Assembly (NCBI GenBank): GCA_040954595.2
Contig: CM082580.2
Coordinates: 6,579,519 to 6,643,518, forward strand
DNA length: 64,000 bases
DNA from: Balanoglossus misakiensis
Taxonomy: Eukaryota; Animalia; Hemichordata
Direction of reading: 5' to 3'
A model generated the notes under the pieces. That model saw only the letters and a program-made list of their open reading frames with translations, did not search any database and was not told the origin of the DNA. A program made the translations under genes and the position numbers. Shown piece by piece: positions 41,846 to 56,200 of the stretch; the first letter of the stretch is position 1; each line of letters starts with the position of its first letter.

Positions 41846-42433
41846 TTTCGCCAAACTGTCGAAGAACTAGAACACATATTTACCAACAGCCAGTACATTA
41901 TTTAATACTAGTATTAAGCGTATGACATCCGCCCTCATCGATCAGGGACCGTGATATAAACGAATAAATGAGGGGCAGAAATCGACTGGGAAAAGAAACT
42001 GTAATTTATCTCGAGATTCACAAATTTGGTCGATTGTCTTCTTAAGCAATGATGATGATGACAAAAGTCACGCGTACAGCATTTTATTATATGTATCCTC
42101 TTAATTTTCGTCCGTTGTGATTTTTACGAGAAATATTTACCAAACATTTTTTTTTCATAATGGATATTTTCGCAATGCATTGAGTGTTTGATTTCTGGTT
42201 TAAAGAAATTCTTTCTATTTGTCACAGTATGACTCGTACGTGTAATTTTACTAGCTATAAAAATGAGTTCAAAAATAGTCATTCAAGTTCAATGACATTA
42301 AAGATTTTCTTACTGTTCTCAAGAGTCGGTGTTATGCAACTTCAACATGCAATAACAACCAGAACAGATCGCTCTGAGCATGCGCGAAGTCTCGAGCAAT
42401 GCCCGAATATTTTTTTTTCGAATACATGTACAT

Positions 42434-42533
42434 TTATAAGTTTCCTGTGCTCTTCGTCGAATATGATATAAACCTATGTATTACACCCAGAAAAACGCTG
42501 CTCTGGGTATCGATGCTGGGCGCCCTCAATGTC

Positions 42534-42593
<60 letters not shown>

Positions 42594-43375
42594 CGACGAC
42601 GACGACGACGATGATGATGATGATGATGATGACGACGACGACGACGACGTGATGATGATGATGATGATAATGATTCACTTGAAGATGTCGATACCCATAG
42701 CAATGTCAAAGCAAGCTTTTTGGTCAACTTCACCACAGAGAAGGGCATCTCCAAATTAATGCAATACATGTAGCACCAAAAGTACAAAAGCCCACAGCGC
42801 CCTCTTGAATACATATCATCTCCTTTTTCCTCGTCAATGAACAGTGATGATGCTTCCGTCTATATTGATATTGACTCATCACATATTAGCGATTTTCTTA
42901 CTAGCCCTGTTTCCTCGTTGTCTTTGATCGACGATAATGTAGCTTTATTTCTAACTAAAATGTCATCAAAGGATAGTTTCTGGTTTCGAAAAACTCTGCT
43001 CCGTTTCACTCGTTTCTTGTTTTCTTACCAAGAAATACTTCCAGTGTCAAACCATGTTTCTGTTATCGAAAGCAGTTTCGTTTTGATTGTATTTTTTTTC
43101 TGATAATAAGAGACACGGTGTATTCCAAATATGAACGCGTTATCTCACGTCAGTTTTGTGACATTTCATAAAAGCAACTTACCTACAAAAGTGATACCAG
43201 ATATCGATGCACCCCTATCATCTAGAGTTCGGTTCCAGCGCGGGAAGACGCGAGGAGAATTTTTCGAGTAAACGAGTGACGACGCTAACATGTCGAGCAA
43301 CCCGTCCTCAGTGCCAGCGAGCGAGAGAGAAACATTTCGAAGATGTTGGCAATGCCTCCGCGCCCGAGTCCACAA
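42434..43375 (-). pseudogene. Possible decayed minus-strand coding remnant between the two receptor genes
   Basis: Intron-like 43182-43100 (gtaagttg...ctgac...tctcttattatcag), then a long frame from ~43099 to 42434 broken only by stops at 43025-43027 and 42860-42862. No recognisable domain. Confidence 0.2.
42534..42672. repeat. (GAT)n/(GAC)n trinucleotide microsatellite, intergenic
   Basis: About 45 GAT/GAC units; the source of the poly-Asp and poly-His ORF artefacts. Confidence 0.95.
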
Positions 43376-44109
43376 ACTCGGTTACGGGTTCCCACTCCCG
43401 TAGTAAACTGGTAGGCGTTCTAATATGCCCTTTCCTTTTTACTCTCGCTTAATAACTATAAGGGGATGCAGACGTGACGACATGATTTGGTTTTTGAGGC
43501 GTGAGGGCGATCGTTACCGTGGCAGCCGTCAGGGAGTCCATGATTGGTTTAGCTGTCCGGTGCTTCGGACTCTGTTTGCTCTTGGCGAATATGTCATAAT
43601 ATGTAATTAGAAAGTGACCGCAATATCGACAGAGGTCAGCTCCTTCTCCGCTATTGATTTTACTTCTCGACAACTCCGGAGAAGTGTCTGTGATGAATAT
43701 TTCAGTTTGTTTTGAGAGGCGTGTGCGGCCTGCACAGAGGCAGTTGCATGTACATGTACTGCATCGATGTACTCCAATCAATGGAACACTCGAAGCCAGT
43801 GCTCATGCACAGACATGAAAAGGCAGATTTCGCCGCGAGGAGGGGGATTTTCATCACACACCTCTCAAAGTCAACATATATATTCTCGACAAATACTTCA
43901 GAAATAACAAAAAGAACTGGAGGAGACCGAAACACTTATCGATGGCACTTTCTGAACATCGAGGGCACTTTCCAACTTCTCGGGCAGGAAACAAACACAC
44001 TTATTAACATCGTTTTAAGGCATATTTCAAAAATACCCCGGCAACTGCCGTCCTCGTGTCTATTCACAACGTCAACATGTCAGGATTCCCTCCCTCAAGT
44101 GAGAGACAC

Positions 44110-44297
44110 TCGCTAAAAGAGAAGGGGCGGGTGAAACGCCTATCAGTCCACCCCTTCCGCTTGCTGTGATCGTGTCGCCGCGAAACTGTAAGCGCGTCTC
44201 TCGTTGTTGTCTCTGGTGAAATTTTCGAAGTAGCGGCGCGGGTACCCAACTTTCCTTCCCGTCGTTAGTCGACTTCTGCCAAGAGAGAAGACGCGAG
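44110..44297 (+). promoter_or_regulatory. Putative promoter and 5' UTR of receptor gene 2
   Basis: CpG-rich, GC box ggggcggg at ~44123, directly upstream of the ATG at 44298. Confidence 0.45.
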
Positions 44298-47200
44298 ATG
44301 GTGGTCAAAATATTTCTGATCTTGGCACTGTCCTGCGGTTTGCAAATAGTCGGTAAGTTTTATTTTTCGACAAACTTGGTCCCCAGCACTGCGGTAGAAA
44401 TATTGCCTCTTCTCTTGAGGTCACCCAAATCACTCGCTTCCTCAGGTTCAATACAAATGCGAGTTTATGATAAAGCAACAACTATTCGATTAAAGTACAA
44501 GCACTTGTTTCAATACGATTGTTCCAGCTGTTTAATATTGCAAAGAAATTTCATCGTCATTAAAGTTCTGTAAATTCCGCAATACCGACCAAGTCTAAGA
44601 ATATGTAGAACTCGTATGACCATGATGCGTTGGTCGCGGACTTTGGAGTGTGAAAATGGATGAATGGATTATATAGCAGATTTCGGAAATTGAAGAATTA
44701 AATTGACTGTTTTGCAAATGCATCGTTTCCAAATGTCAATGGAATGAGGGCGCTCCGAGCCCGACATAACACAGGGTCACGTTTGCGCCCGTGGTCCAAT
44801 GGGGTGACCCCCCGACCCCAACATTTCTCAACAACGTTGTTTTTCAGCTCCTCAAAGCCTAGACTGTACCTTTGAGGGCAACAGTCTATGCAGCTGGACC
44901 CAGGACACTGGTGATTCATTTCAATGGACGTTGGAACAAGGTTCAACAGGTTCTCCTCACACTGGACCAACATCTGACCACACATACGGAAGTGAGTGGA
45001 TGAAATCAATTTGAAATTCTTCAATCATTTAAAACTCGAAATAAAATCAATAATAAAGTGACTCATTTTCAAACAAAATAAATGCAACTATTCTTTCTTT
45101 TTCTCCAAGTGTCGTAATTGTTTAAACTTTCTTTCATGACAATGCTTTATTCCCGGACATATACGTGTTATTAAACAATGGCCTTGCCTTGTGTTGATTA
45201 ACATACAACTTTTGCTTATCATTCAGATTCCTCTGGTTATTTCATCTACATCGACAATTCTGCGGATCGAAATGAAGGCGACGCTGCAAGACTGATCAGT
45301 CCGAGTGTCAGCTTTTCATCAAATCAGCCAAAGTGTCTCACATTCTGGTAAACCACCACCTTAACGTACATGCATGGACACATACATGCATACATACATA
45401 CCTTTATATAGTAAGATGTGACAGTGATGTGATGTGATGTGATGTGATGTGATGCGATGCGATGCGATGCGATGTGATGTGATGTGATGCGATGCGATGT
45501 GATGTGATGTGATGTGATGTGATGTGATGTGACGTGACGTGACGTGATGTGGCGAGATATGGCGATGGTGTGATGCGATGTGATGTCAGGTGACGTGATA
45601 CATAGATTACCCTATATTATCATAATTAGATAATGCTAGGGGTATACTAGTACATTACTTGCATAATGTCATGTCTTCATGTGTATTATATTTAGGTATC
45701 ACATGTACGGGGCGCACATAGGATCATTGAACGTTTACCTGAAGTCCGGCGGTTCACTTGGAAGTGTGTTTTGGAGCAGGAAGACCACCTACGGCGACCA
45801 GTGGAACCGGGCTTCGGTGTCTCTCATCCTATCTTCAGCTTCCACCAGAAATATAGTACTGGAGGCCACGCAGGGATACAGGATTCACGGCGATATTGGC
45901 GTGGATGACATTTCCTTCGCTGACGGATATTGTAAATCAGGTAAAAAATGGCTGGAGAATGTACGCCCATTGTTTTTGCAGTAGTACGGTACAACTGTTG
46001 GGCTTCAATGTGAATATACACGTATGCAGGTGTCATCTTTGCATATTATATTGTAATTTGCATATGGGGCATGCGTGACAGAGCATAGGACAACGGACGC
46101 AACTTCGGAGACGATGGTGGAGTATTTGCTCAAGAAATTGTTGATCTTCAAATGGTCAGCCGACCTTTTTTGGAAGTGTACCGTGTGAATTCTGTAGTAG
46201 TGGTCCGGCACAGCCTACTGCTGGCAAATAGACCGCAAAAATCCAATGTCTATGAATCAAATTTACAGCATTTGCTTTCTGTTTTGAAACTATACTACCA
46301 CATGATTGTGCGCCATGTTATTCAAATTGCAGACAGCTTTGGTTGTGACTTCGAGAACGACACTCTGTGCAATGGCGCCAACGACGACTCCGACGATTTT
46401 GACTGGTCGGTCAGCAGCGGAGGAGACGGCACGGGACCGTCTTTGGACCACACCTACGAAAGTGGTACAGGTTAGTACGTGAAGCACAAAATCGGCTTTC
46501 TACAGATTTGTTGCCTGCTTTTATTATCAATACAGAACATCATTAGGATATGTCGAATTGTGCGAACCCCCGGTGCAAACCGCTGTACTGAAAATACAAC
46601 ATTTCTATTGAACGACAATTTAGGTCATTACTTGCTGGCCGAAGGCGTGGCTACAAACAGAGGCCAATCTGCCCGTTTCCTGATGCCATCGTTGAGTCTA
46701 GACTCCAGCAAGTGCCTGCAGTTCTTCTATGCCAGACAAGGTGCTGAGGTCGCTGTCTTGAGCGTTCGAATACAAATGGACAGTAGCCTTGGCCAGCCAA
46801 TATGGAAACGGAACCTTGAGATCGGAGACGGTTGGAATACCGGCAGAGTGTCTTTGAGACAACAGAGCGACTTTCAGATCACGTTTGAGGTGGTACGACG
46901 TGCTGGAGAGACCGGTTACGTGGTTATTGATGACATACAAGTCCTCGATGGTGACTGCCCGAACCCTAGTAAGTTCTCGGTGCTCTGATTTGTGTTACTC
47001 GGAGTAAATGAATGAATGAATGAATGAATGAATGAATGAATGAATGAATGAATGAATGAATGAATGAATGAATGAATGAATGAATGAATGAATGATAATA
47101 CCAAAATTATTATTTCTTTCAGGTGACTGCAATTTTGAGAAGGGCAGGTGCTCTTGGAGTAATGCTGTTAATGGCAATGAACTTGACTGGGTGTTGTTGA

Positions 47201-50200
47201 GCGGTGACACGTCAACTGGTGACACTGGGCCCCCGGGCGTCGATCACACCACGGGGACAAAATATGGTAGGTCTATCCATGAACTGAACCCAGCTGAAGA
47301 ACAAACCTACGGTTATCAATTATGGATTAATGTGCAAACTTAGGCCTAGTTACACGTTGCCCTTGCGGCTATCCTAGCTACCCCAGACATCAGGAAATTG
47401 CATTACAGAAATGTATAACGGCAAGTTGTTGGAAGTGTTTTATAAATGGCCACAACTACAGCAACATTAACATTCATAGCGTGGAATTAATTTGCATAGA
47501 TTTACCGTAGCCTGATAATAGAATACACAACTTGTGTTGATATGGTTAGGCAAATCGAATATGATCTGATATGATATAATATAATATGGGCTTGAAAAAT
47601 TAAGTCGAATGCACACATTGGTATATCAAAATGATTTGCCATTGTCTAGGTTAACTGCATGTAAGCCATGTACACCATTTCTTACTTTGTACAGGCATGT
47701 ACCTTTACATGGAAGCTTCAAATTCCTTTTCCGGGGATAAAGCGATGCTCAACAGTCAAACGTTCCCGGCAAAGGCCGCCCCTGGCTGCCTGGAGTTCTG
47801 GTACAGCATGAAGGGAACGGCGATCGGCACTCTCAGAGTCGACATCATCACCGCAGACGATCCGACCAACCCGGACACGATATGGACCCTGAGCGGAAAC
47901 CAGGATTCGGCTTGGAAGTATGGGAGGATTCCTTTCATGCAAACCGAGGAATATCGGGTAAATGAAACAGGCAGAGATTTCAGTCATCGTTTGCAGAACT
48001 AAGTTAACATGTACCTTTGCAAACTGAGCCAGAAGTGGTCAGTGACATATGCGTAGTGTATCATGCGTTGTTGGTCTGGAAAGGTACGCGACCGACAAAT
48101 CGTCCAGCATAGGCAAATTGGGAATATGGTAGCCTGGTTAAAATAATATTGATTATTCGTGAGAGGGTTACTAATGGCGACGTTTGTACTGAATCAATGC
48201 CAAAAAGTCTTGATCTGTCTGTCGTTGCAGCTTATATTCGTTGCAATCCGTGGAACTGGTCCAAGTAGCGACATTGCTATCGACGACATCGTCGTCAGTG
48301 ATGGCTACTGTTTCGGTAAGAGCGCATTTTTTCTTGCTGTGGAAATAAATACTGGATAATCCCCAAACGAAAGAAAGAAAACACCGCTGTTGGCATTGTT
48401 TACACTTTTCAAACTTCGACAGTAACGTTTTTTGTCATCATTTGCTCATTTCAGGAACTCCCTCATCAGCTACAGTATATCCTCCGACCGTTGGTAAGTC
48501 ATTCTCCTAATTTGTTAAATGTGTTTACTAGCGTGTGGTTCTCCGAGTCGGTAACCCAATACTCGTAGTAGACTGTGACAGTATTCGTACATCAATCTTG
48601 GCTACCATCAAAGCAAAGTACGAAACCCATAAGAAACACTCTGTAAACCAAATCTTATCTGAGACTCGTGCTCTCAAGAAAGTACTGTACGTGTATATCG
48701 TCATCCCAAGTGTCTTAAAGACTTTTTTTAAATACTGAGGCACATATACACAATGGATACCTTCGAGGACTTCTCGACAGTAATCCTTTGCATAGCGGTC
48801 GCACACCAGCATCTATACATGTACCTTGCCACGACTCTTTCGTGTGTTGTATTTATACGGTGTACACCAGTAACCGTCTGTCGCTCTCTTTTCCCACGAA
48901 TCCCAGCGCCCACGTCCAACAACCCGTGTGGTCCCGGCAAGTTCGCGTGCAAAAGCGGACAGTGTATCGACGAGAACCAGTACTGCGATTTCGTCACCCA
49001 GTGCCTCGACAAATCCGATGAAGCCGACTGCCGTAAGTCAAAGCTTGTGTTCTCGAAAGAGTCAGAGTTCACTTATTCAAGTAATCGGAACTCAAGCATA
49101 ATATAGAACTATTAAAATTCACAGGCGCAAGTCTAATTTTCCTTAAAATCAACACAGAAAGTTGACCAGACACCAGTTCCTTGCATAGTTACTGACCAGC
49201 GCTTTGGTTATGGTTTGGAATATACTTTGTAAGAAGTTATCCTAAACAATTAGAATATAACGTGTTTCTTATTGAGTCGCGTGTTTTACTTCCCTAGCCA
49301 CGACGTGTAATTTCCAAACCACCGATGAATGCGGCTGGTACGAGGGTACTGATGATACGTTTAATTGGTACCGGGGACGAGGGTACGATACGCAGGTGAC
49401 ACCAAACCTGGCGCCGAGATATGACAATACTTACAAGACTTTGTACGGTGAGTGAACACTGTCTGTTGTGTACATAGCGGTAGAGTGCGTGACCCCTATA
49501 AACCCAGCGACTATATAGACTGAAAGTATTAGGCATTAATTGTTTTAATAACCTTTGCAGCAATGCATCTTATCATACTCTGTGAAAAAATCGATGGTAT
49601 TTATATATTTGTTTGTTTGTCTGTTTGTTTGTTTGTTTGTTTGTGTGCCAACTGCCAGGTTACTACGCATACATCCATCCCGTGGGCGGATACTCCTACC
49701 CGTATTCCACGGCCGAATACATGAGTCCACAGTTCTCGTCTGCCATCGCAACGTGCAGACTGAATTTTTACTTCTACCAGAATGGTTTGTTGCCGTACTA
49801 CTTCGAAGTGTGGATGGTGCAGGGAACGACGAACACCAGAATCTTCTCTTACTATTACAGTCTGGGCGATCAGTGGAACAACATGGTTGTCGGCATTGGC
49901 AAGCAGACTTCGCCGTGGCAGGTAAGCGTCAAAGGTCAAATACGAATTATTTTCCTGGTATGATTTGGACAAGTAACCCACCTGCAGTTTAACTCCATGG
50001 ACCCTATGGATTTAATGCTTCTGTGTTCAAACCAAAAGTTTTTGGTTTTTAATACAACCCATTTACGTTATTGTGTTGACGGTGGCATCCGATTTGCTGA
50101 TCGTTATAATTGTTATAGTTTATACATAATTATAATTATATAGTCGGTCCACCATGGCCGGGACGGGTTAGTATTTGTTTCTGATAAGCGATTCAATTGG

Positions 50201-53200
50201 CTGAGAACGATTTTCGCGATTTGTCCAACAATGTTGGGAATGCTTAGGGGAAACATCGAGATTTAACTTTCTATTCTCACTTGCCATTCCGCCAATCTCC
50301 GCCACCATGCACTGACAACCTTGACGCAAATTACAGATCAAGTTCAGGAAGACCCGCTACAGCAGTTACAACGCGGCCACGGCCATCGACGACTTGAAGT
50401 TCGAGAAATGCGCGCCGCCCCCGCCGACCAGCTTCTGCGACACCCTTAGGAACTTCTGGTGCACAACGTCCAGGGCCTGTGTCAGCAGGAGCTTGTTGTG
50501 TGATTTGGAAGATGACTGTGGAGACAATTCGGATGAAATGAACTGCGGTGAGTTACAAGGGCCTGGGCAGATTTTAACAGGGGAGGGCAGGTGAAATTTG
50601 GGGGAGGTTCACTGTTTTTCGTGGAGCAAGATTAAAAAAAAAAACACCAGCCCTCCCCCTGTTAATTCTGTCCAGGCCCTTAGAGCGGAATCCGTCAACA
50701 TTGCGAGGTGTGCAGCAAAACTCTTGCCAGAAAAAAAAGAGAAATCAATCACTAATCCAATGATAAATTCGATAACAGAAGTCCTTTAACTCCAGCAGTT
50801 TGGCGTCAAATATGCAAGAATGTTTCTGAACAAGTGTTCAATTTCAGGGTCTTACAGCCAGTGCGACTTCCAGAGTGGATTTTGTGACTGGACCCAGGCC
50901 TCTGGAACTGACCACCTTTCGTGGTATCGCCGAACGGGCTCCACTCCGACCGTGTACACGGGCCCTTCGTTTGATCACACTTACGGCAACTTGACAGGTA
51001 AAGAAGAAGAGCGTTGTTCACCTTACAACTTTTAATTCTCCACTTTGAAAGAATTCTGGAAACGATAAGTCTTTATTTTGGACGATGGCATTTATGTGAG
51101 CTTCTAGAATACGAATGGATACGAGCTCAACATTAAAATTTATGTTAACGCAGTAGAACCAACTTGCATCAGTGACGTGTTATCGTGTTTTTTTCTCCAA
51201 TTGTTAGGTTATTATGTGTATATTGAGGGTTACTATAACTACTATGGAAAAACAGCCCAGCTGGTCAGTAAGATTTATAAAGCTACAAACGACGGGACAT
51301 GCCAGGTTAGTACTAAGCTTATACGGTAAAGTCGAGTACACAATTGTTACACAATTCATAAATTAAGACATATTTTATCATTTTCTCTTTTTTTCAGATG
51401 CGCGTGTTTTATCACATGTATGGCGAGAGCATCGGAAAGTTGACAATCTACACTCGTATTTACCACAACACCAATCAGGGCCAGGCGAAGGTTTGGCAGC
51501 AAGTTGGTCCAAAAGGTTCTTACTGGGACAGAGCGGAAATGACATTCGACATCTCCACAGAATTTCAGGTAGAGATCGTGTTCAGATTGTGTTAACTTTA
51601 TGTAGTCGTTTTCAAAGGGGTAAACTAGTTTAGTCCTTGGATACCAAAGTTATAAGATTGGTTCGCAAGACATGAATATGTATGATTGAAAGCGTCTATA
51701 ATAGCCACAACACTTTATTCTCAAATAATTAATGGGGGAAATATTTTGTGATTACAGATTGTTATTGAGGCCATGGCCGGCGATTATTACTACGGTGATA
51801 TCGCGATTGATGACGTCAGTTTCACGTCCGGATGCGTTGCCAGTACAAGTAGTGAGTAAAACTCTTTCAAAAATTCCGATGGCGACAAGCCTTATATACT
51901 ATACGTTGGAACTATAAATTAATGTATCGGGAGATATGCACATATATACATACACATATACAAGTACATATACATACTCGTTCGATCCAGATTGCCTCGA
52001 TTAAATTTATGGACGTCGCTTAATATTTCAACAGGCCAGCTACCAGCAGCACCACCGACAACGCCGCCACCCTTTCCACCGTCAACGACACAACACCCAG
52101 CGTGCAAAGACAAAGAATTTTACTGCAGCACCGACAAGAGATGCATACCCAGTGAAAATGTCTGCAATTTCCGGAATGACTGCTCTGACGGAGAGGAAGA
52201 AACGGCAAGATGTGGTGGGTTTAGATGTTCAAGATCAATATTTTTACCCAGCATGGGAGGGGATAAAATCAAACCGTCCAGCATCTACACAACTATTTTG
52301 GCGTTGGTACTAGTATATTGACTTTCTGCTCATGGCCATTACATCCGCGTGTTTTCCTCTCCTTTTAGTGCCAGCTACTTGTGACTTTGAAGGCGGGCTG
52401 TGCGGCTGGCTGGGCGTGCCGGAACCGGACAGCAGACGACGTCGCGCGGCGGGACTTCCGGTGTTCAAGTTTGAGCGGAAACAGGGCAAGACGAAATTGC
52501 CGTCAGAGTTCAGACCCGCGAAAGACCACACCAAAGATTCTGGCGAAGGTATTGTGAACTTGGCCTTGAAAACGACCAACTTTTTGACAAAATGTACAAA
52601 TTTCGCCACGTAGTCTATCATTAGCCTAAACTGTCATGGCGGCATTTTACTTCAAATTTCCTGTACTCTCACATATAGGTTACTACGTCTTCGCCGATAA
52701 TTCTCCCGGACAAAACACAGACAAGACGGAAATGTACACCCCGGTGATTGGTCGCACGGGACCGAACTGCCACCTGGAATTTTACTACCACAAAGGCAGT
52801 AGGAATTACTACGGCACACTCGAAGTGAAAAAGAGGTTTTCCAACTTCACCACTACAGTATTTTCCCACTACGGCAATATGGCCGAATGGAAGAAGGCCA
52901 TGGTCTACATTGGATCTGGTCAGGCGTTCCAGGTAAGTTGGATAGTTTGAAGGCGGGAATGATATCAGGAAATTCTCCTCGTGAAGAATGAAATTAAAAA
53001 TGAAATATTCTGTGATCTTGCTCATGCTATGTTACCCATGGATCATTAGTTGCAGACTACAACTTCTGTTTGTTCAGTATTTTCCTTGCGCTCGATTATC
53101 AGAGAAATCACACTCCCTAATGTCTTATTTCACATAATCTACAGATAGTCTTCGTGGCTATTCGTGGATATTACTATTATGGCGATGAGTGTTTTGATGA

Positions 53201-56200
53201 CGTCAAGTTCATAGACTGTGCACCACCAGGTATGTCGAGATAGAATGTCGTAAAGTGGGGGTAACAAGTCTGCAGGAAAATCGTACAACTTGCATTTAAT
53301 TAATACCAGTTGTACGATACGATGGTGGAATAATTGTTTTTTGACCAAATAGACTCTCTATATACAATTATTCAGTTCATCTAGTACGACAGAAAGTTCA
53401 TAAACATACAACGACCGTTCCATTGTTTGTTGTTCGTGTTAACGTAGCATGCAGTAGATCATGTCCAAACTGTGTTTTTTATGTCAGGCACTATCTTTAC
53501 TACTGTCTTAAACGTTGTTGAAGACCCCCTTTAACTGAAGAAACCCATTTTTTATTATCAGTCATCACAGGCAATCCCTGCCTATCCAACCAGTACACAT
53601 GCGCGAACAAGTACTGCATCGACAAGACCAAATTGTGTAATTTCGTGGATGACTGCATGGACCATTCAGATGAAGAACATTGTGGTAAGCATGCAATTTC
53701 AACAAAGATACAAAGTTGCTACCATCGCCCTATTTTTCTTAATTTTCTGACAGAGCCTAGCTAACGTTGTGTTGCTGCTTATAAGGGCACAGACTGATCG
53801 TACATGCTAATAGGTGAGTTCAAAGGTTATCTCCTTGGCTTACAGATTCTCTGGCGGGGAGGTGCAACTTTGAAGTCAGTACGTGTGACTGGAAACAGGA
53901 AGGAGGCGATAATTTTGACTGGAGTTTGATGAGAGGCGGCACCTATTCCACAGGCACGGGACCAAGTACAGATCACACCACAAGAACTGAAAAAGGTGGG
54001 ATTTCGAGCATTATTCAAAGATGTAAAGGACTTCATTTCTCTACTTCAAAATCAACGATGGTCATTTGCCATATTTAGGTTAATTGAAGTACTCGCGCAA
54101 GCATTTCAACAATATGAAATAATTTCTTTGATTTTAAAATGTATCATAATCTTCATGGTGGGTATATATTTAGGGACGTCTTAATTGTCTAGCAATATAA
54201 ATTCTCCTCTTACTGTTGTGCTGTCCAGGTGGTTACATGTACATTGAGACAAATTATCCCCAGCGTCCTTACTACATCGCGAGAATTGCAAGTCCAACCA
54301 TCCTCGGATCAAGTTCAAATTGCAGGGTAAGTATAGACTCTCGCTGGTCAAATTCGACATATACCAATCTGGTTAGATTTGCAAACACTTTCACGAGTCA
54401 TATTGCCAACCAAGAGCGCGATCAACACAATCTGATGTGAATGTACCATCTGATTCATGTTGAAATGTTGTCTTTGTCTTCCAGCTGAACCTGTGGTATC
54501 ACATGTACGGTACTAGCATCGGGTCCCTGGCAATTCTCCAGAGGACAACCTACGAAGATAACGATATGCAAGTTCTTCAGAACGTGACCGGGGATCAAGG
54601 CGATTATTGGTACAACGTAGATATCCCAATTACTACGGGTGGCAAACATTTCAAGGTTTGTTTTAAAGAGGCATTTTGACAGTTCCATCTTTCAATATCT
54701 GTGTATGCTGCTTCCGTAACTCATAGGAAGACAGATAACTTATAACTACTTTGAATTGCAGATTGTCTTAGAGGGAATGGTGGGCAATGGTTACTATGGC
54801 GACATTGCCGTCGACGACGTCACTTTCAGCGATGGGTGTTTACAGGGTGGCACCATACCCGGCGAAGACACGGCCACGGCACCGCCCTCACACGACTCCT
54901 GCGGTGATGATCCCCGGAAGCTGAGCTGCAAATCGGGCAGCACGTGCTTTGAGAGTTGGCAGCGTTGTAATTTCATCGAGGACTGTCCAGACGGCTCTGA
55001 TGAAAGCAGCTGTGGTAAGTTAATAGCTTCATCGTCGTAAAGCACGACCTCTTTACGGCAACATATTCTGACTAAGGCTCGCGAGAATGGTTAGCGTCTG
55101 TGATTTCATGTTCGCCTGTATGACTATGAGTAGTGACGTCATCCAGACGGCTCTGATGAAAGCAGCTGTGGTGAGTCTGCGTCAAAGGGCACATAAGTCT
55201 GGCACTCATTTTTCCTGTGATGTCTAACAGTGTTACTTTTACCCTGTTTGCCTTTTAGGTACGAGCTGTGACTTTGAACGAGATTTCTGCGGCTGGCAGA
55301 ACGTAATTGGCGACAAAATGAATTGGACACTGGGGAAGGGTCCTTCGTGGACAACGTACACCGGTCCCGACGTCGACCACACAAGGGGCACCGCACAAGG
55401 TATGGCCCTTCAAATACTAATACATTGTATTGTACCATTACTTGATGGAACCCGGGAACCCTAGTACACACAGCCTTATCACTGACTTCAGGTAGATAAC
55501 TGCCCAGATGCAGTGTGTGGTTATCACATTTGAGACCCTATAATTGAAAAAGTAGCACGGGAACACCTTATTTTCTCGCTAAATTTGTTAAACATCCATT
55601 GATAAACAGAATATATAAAATCAGGAAGAACACATTCTATTTTTGAGTAGTCTACCACCTTATGTGTCTACATTAGTCACGATAATTGATACTAAAGCCA
55701 TCATTTACAAAACCGTGTAAAATGTGAAAGACCCTACATTTATTTCAGATTCTCAATTTTCCTTTTATCCAATCTCTTCAAAATTCTCTATTACAGGACA
55801 GTTCATGTTCTTCTTCTCGAGGGTGTCTTACACCTATGAAGGAGACCCAGCGCACTTGAAGAGCCTGACGTACCAAAACAGCAACAAAAACTGCAAACTC
55901 GTCTTCTGGTACCACATGTTTTGCAGCCTGGTCTCCAGCTATTATCAGTACATGGGGACGCTGAGCGTGTACGTCAAATACGGAAACCACAAAACCAAAG
56001 AGCTTTTCTACCTGAGCGGGAACCAGGGCGACTCGTGGCAACAGGCGATACTCGACGTTGGCCAGTATGACGAATTCCAAATAGTGTTTGAAGCAACTAG
56101 GGGTTTTAGCATCTACGGGGACATCGGTATTGATGACATAGAGTTTCAAAATTGTGCAGACGGTGAGTTTGTGCCCTGGTTTGGTCTGGCGGAATAGGGG

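Noticed and set aside
42529-42759. Poly-Asp (plus) and poly-His (minus) ORFs
   Set aside because: Translation of a GAT/GAC microsatellite.
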